From IMG/VR virus record IMGVR_UViG_3300036978_000157, positions 1 through 58,120 of that record: a DNA stretch of 58,120 bases. One strand, given 5' to 3'. The translations under genes and the position numbers were made by a program. Source of the DNA: a virus (lineage: Duplodnaviria; Caudoviricetes). Shown in pieces: positions 56,048 through 58,120 of this stretch. Each line of letters starts with the position of its first letter. The first letter of the stretch is position 1. The notes beneath the pieces are model-generated. The model was not told the origin of the DNA and searched no databases. It saw only the letters and a list, made by a program, of their open reading frames with translations.

Positions 56048-56293
56048 TTAGATTTCGTCGAGGTCTGGGTCGATTGTGATGTCCGCTGGTTCTTTATGTT
56101 TTCCAGCAACTTTTGTTTTTTTGAATGCTCCCTGCTCCTCAGTTCCAATAGCTTCAATAGTTTTGATTGCATGGATAAGCGTGGTTACTCCTTCTGGTGG
56201 GTTTACATTAAGTAGTAAATACGCCTGTAGTTTGTTCCAGTCTTCGTGTGAGGTTATTGCCGCGCATAGGGATTTTACTTTTTCTGTTGTCAT
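56048..56293 (-). CDS. Hypothetical protein (duplicate)
   Basis: Identical to 1838-2083. Confidence 0.7.
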   Translation of the reverse strand: MTTEKVKSLCAAITSHEDWNKLQAYLLLNVNPPEGVTTLIHAIKTIEAIGTEEQGAFKKTKVAGKHKEPADITIDPDLDEI

Positions 56294-58120
56294 GTTTGTG
56301 TTGGTGTTTCTTCCATCTCAACTTCTTCGGTAGCTTCTGGAGTTTCGACTTCTACTTCTTCAGTCTCTTCTTCCTCTGGTTCTTCTTCCATCTCTGGAGC
56401 TTCCATCTCTGGTTGCTCTGCCTTCGTCTTACCTTTCATCTTCTGAATCTCAGCGCGAGCTTTAGCCTTCTGAAGTGCGAGTTGGGTGATACCCTGTTCC
56501 TTGCGCTGCTCGGTGCGTTGAGCGTGCGAGATAGAAGCCTTGCCGATTGCGATGTCAGCGAGCTTCTTCTTGGTATCAATCTCAATGCCAGACTTAGCAG
56601 CGAGGTATTGGAGTTTGATGTCTTCCTCGGAGTTTGGCTGACCAGATTTTTGAGCTTCAGCTTCTGCCATCTGAACATACACTTGCTGGAGTTCGTCGGC
56701 CATTCCTTGAGCCTCGTTCATGCCTTGCATGAATTGTTTCAAGAAGTCCTGCTTCGATGGGTCTTTGCTGATATACTCAACGTGCGCCATGATGTGACCA
56801 CCCTTGAACTTGATAGCACGGACTGCTTTAGAGATTTCGGCGAACTCTGGATTACCTTGTTGAACAGATTGCAGGTTCATTTGCAACTGCATAGCCAAGT
56901 CTTGGAAGTGACCTTGAGCGTGTTCGATGTGCGGATCAGTTGGTAGCACAGGGAAGTTTGCAGGGTTGACGAACGCATCAGTCATACCAGCATTTTCAAA
57001 TCCAATGATACGGGCAGTATCGTCGATCTTGCTTGGCTTAGTATTGCGGTAGCGAGCTACGTTGTCTCGGCCAGATAGTGCGGCGATTGCATCCTTAACT
57101 GCATTCTCCTGCCCTTCGTTTGCTGGAGTGATTGCTGTAATCTGCAATAGCTTCTCTGCTGTGATCAACTTGAACGATGGGCTACCTGCACCATTGATGA
57201 GGTTGGAACGGATGCTTGTGATGTTCTTCCATTGTGCGGCTTCTTTAGGAGTGCCGAGTTCTTCAAGGATTTCATAGAACTTCTTCACATACTCGTATCC
57301 ATCATCGCTGGATTTTGAGCTTACGAAGCGTTTGTAGAGTTGTTTGAAGTAAAGAGTTTGGCACTCGTTGAATCGGCGAATCTGAGTTCCAGATAGTTTA
57401 GCTGACTCGGCGGCATCCAGTTCTGCTTCGCCTTTTGTCCTCTGCTTTCCTCCAGCGGTAGGTGCGTTGATACGATACTGCCCCATGCCCCTATACATAT
57501 CTCCCATGAAGAACTGCATGAAGCTCATGCTTTCTGCTACTGGAAGTTGGAAGCGGTTCTGGATGAACTTTGCTCCATCTGGCATTACGCTGATAGGCAA
57601 CCATTCCATCTGCTTCAGCATCTTGGTTGCGTCTGGCCCTTGTCCTTCGATCATCAACATGGAGTTGAGTCGGACGGCATCTACCAGCGAGTTCATCGTG
57701 AAGTCATACTGACGGCAGGCGACGAACGCCGATTCTGCTTGGCTCTTGATGTCTTGGAAAAGTCCGCTACCAACTGAGTCGGTAAGCATATACATGATCT
57801 CATCCCATGAGTCGAAAAGTCCAATCTTGAGCATCATAAACCCGTGTTGGGTTCGGATGTCATCTTCGCTGATCTTGCCAGCACCCTTGATGTTGGAGTT
57901 GATGTAGTCGGAGATTGGTTGGTAGTCTTGAAGGATGATAGCCTTACTGATCTTGCCATCAAACTCCCTCCAGTAGACTTCGTAGAGGTCGATCTTTTGG
58001 TTTACCGATAGTGACCAGTTGAATCCAGATTCGCTGATCGTGCGGAAGAAGTCTTCACGGGTCTTGCGATGGTTGCTGAAGGCGCGGTGGAATCGGATAG
58101 CGTCAATTGCCGCATCTACA
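56290..58120 (-). CDS. Portal protein, variant allele, 5' truncated by the window edge
   Basis: Frame open to the edge; near-identical protein to 2080-4566. Confidence 0.75.
   Translation of the reverse strand, partial: VDAAIDAIRFHRAFSNHRKTREDFFRTISESGFNWSLSVNQKIDLYEVYWREFDGKISKAIILQDYQPISDYINSNIKGAGKISEDDIRTQHGFMMLKIGLFDSWDEIMYMLTDSVGSGLFQDIKSQAESAFVACRQYDFTMNSLVDAVRLNSMLMIEGQGPDATKMLKQMEWLPISVMPDGAKFIQNRFQLPVAESMSFMQFFMGDMYRGMGQYRINAPTAGGKQRTKGEAELDAAESAKLSGTQIRRFNECQTLYFKQLYKRFVSSKSSDDGYEYVKKFYEILEELGTPKEAAQWKNITSIRSNLINGAGSPSFKLITAEKLLQITAITPANEGQENAVKDAIAALSGRDNVARYRNTKPSKIDDTARIIGFENAGMTDAFVNPANFPVLPTDPHIEHAQGHFQDLAMQLQMNLQSVQQGNPEFAEISKAVRAIKFKGGHIMAHVEYISKDPSKQDFLKQFMQGMNEAQGMADELQQVYVQMAEAEAQKSGQPNSEEDIKLQYLAAKSGIEIDTKKKLADIAIGKASISHAQRTEQRKEQGITQLALQKAKARAEIQKMKGKTKAEQPEMEAPEMEEEPEEEETEEVEVETPEATEEVEMEETPTQT

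Larger units (their letters stand above)
54211..58120. repeat. Terminal direct repeat / circular overlap, copy 2
   Basis: Repeats the capsid 5' end, scaffold, 81-aa ORF and the 3' part of the portal gene. Confidence 0.97.

Overview
The window is an apparently complete dsDNA tailed-phage genome with podovirus-like gene content. The unit length is about 54,210 bp, and the ends overlap (1-3913 recurs at 54211-58120). A long minus-strand virion operon encodes portal, scaffold, major capsid, collagen-like and other fibres, a lysis cassette, tail adaptor/nozzle and three internal ejection proteins including a 2612-aa giant. TerL is transcribed divergently from it, and a TerS candidate lies 12 kb away. 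Also present: a lambda-O/DnaB-like replication module with an iteron origin, a Holliday resolvase, HNH and GIY-YIG nucleases, a GT4 glycosyltransferase, dCMP deaminase, an early region with an SF2 helicase, and a recombination operon. I saw no DNA polymerase, RNA polymerase, integrase, tRNA or CRISPR array. The most striking unexplained signal is a 16-bp palindrome, TTATCG-KNNM-CGATAA, found at least 31 times across the genome, both between genes and inside coding sequences. In the early region it is built into a repeated two-hairpin, switch-like leader element. An LmbU-like HTH protein is a candidate binder. All calls come from reading the sequence by eye; no database searches were run.
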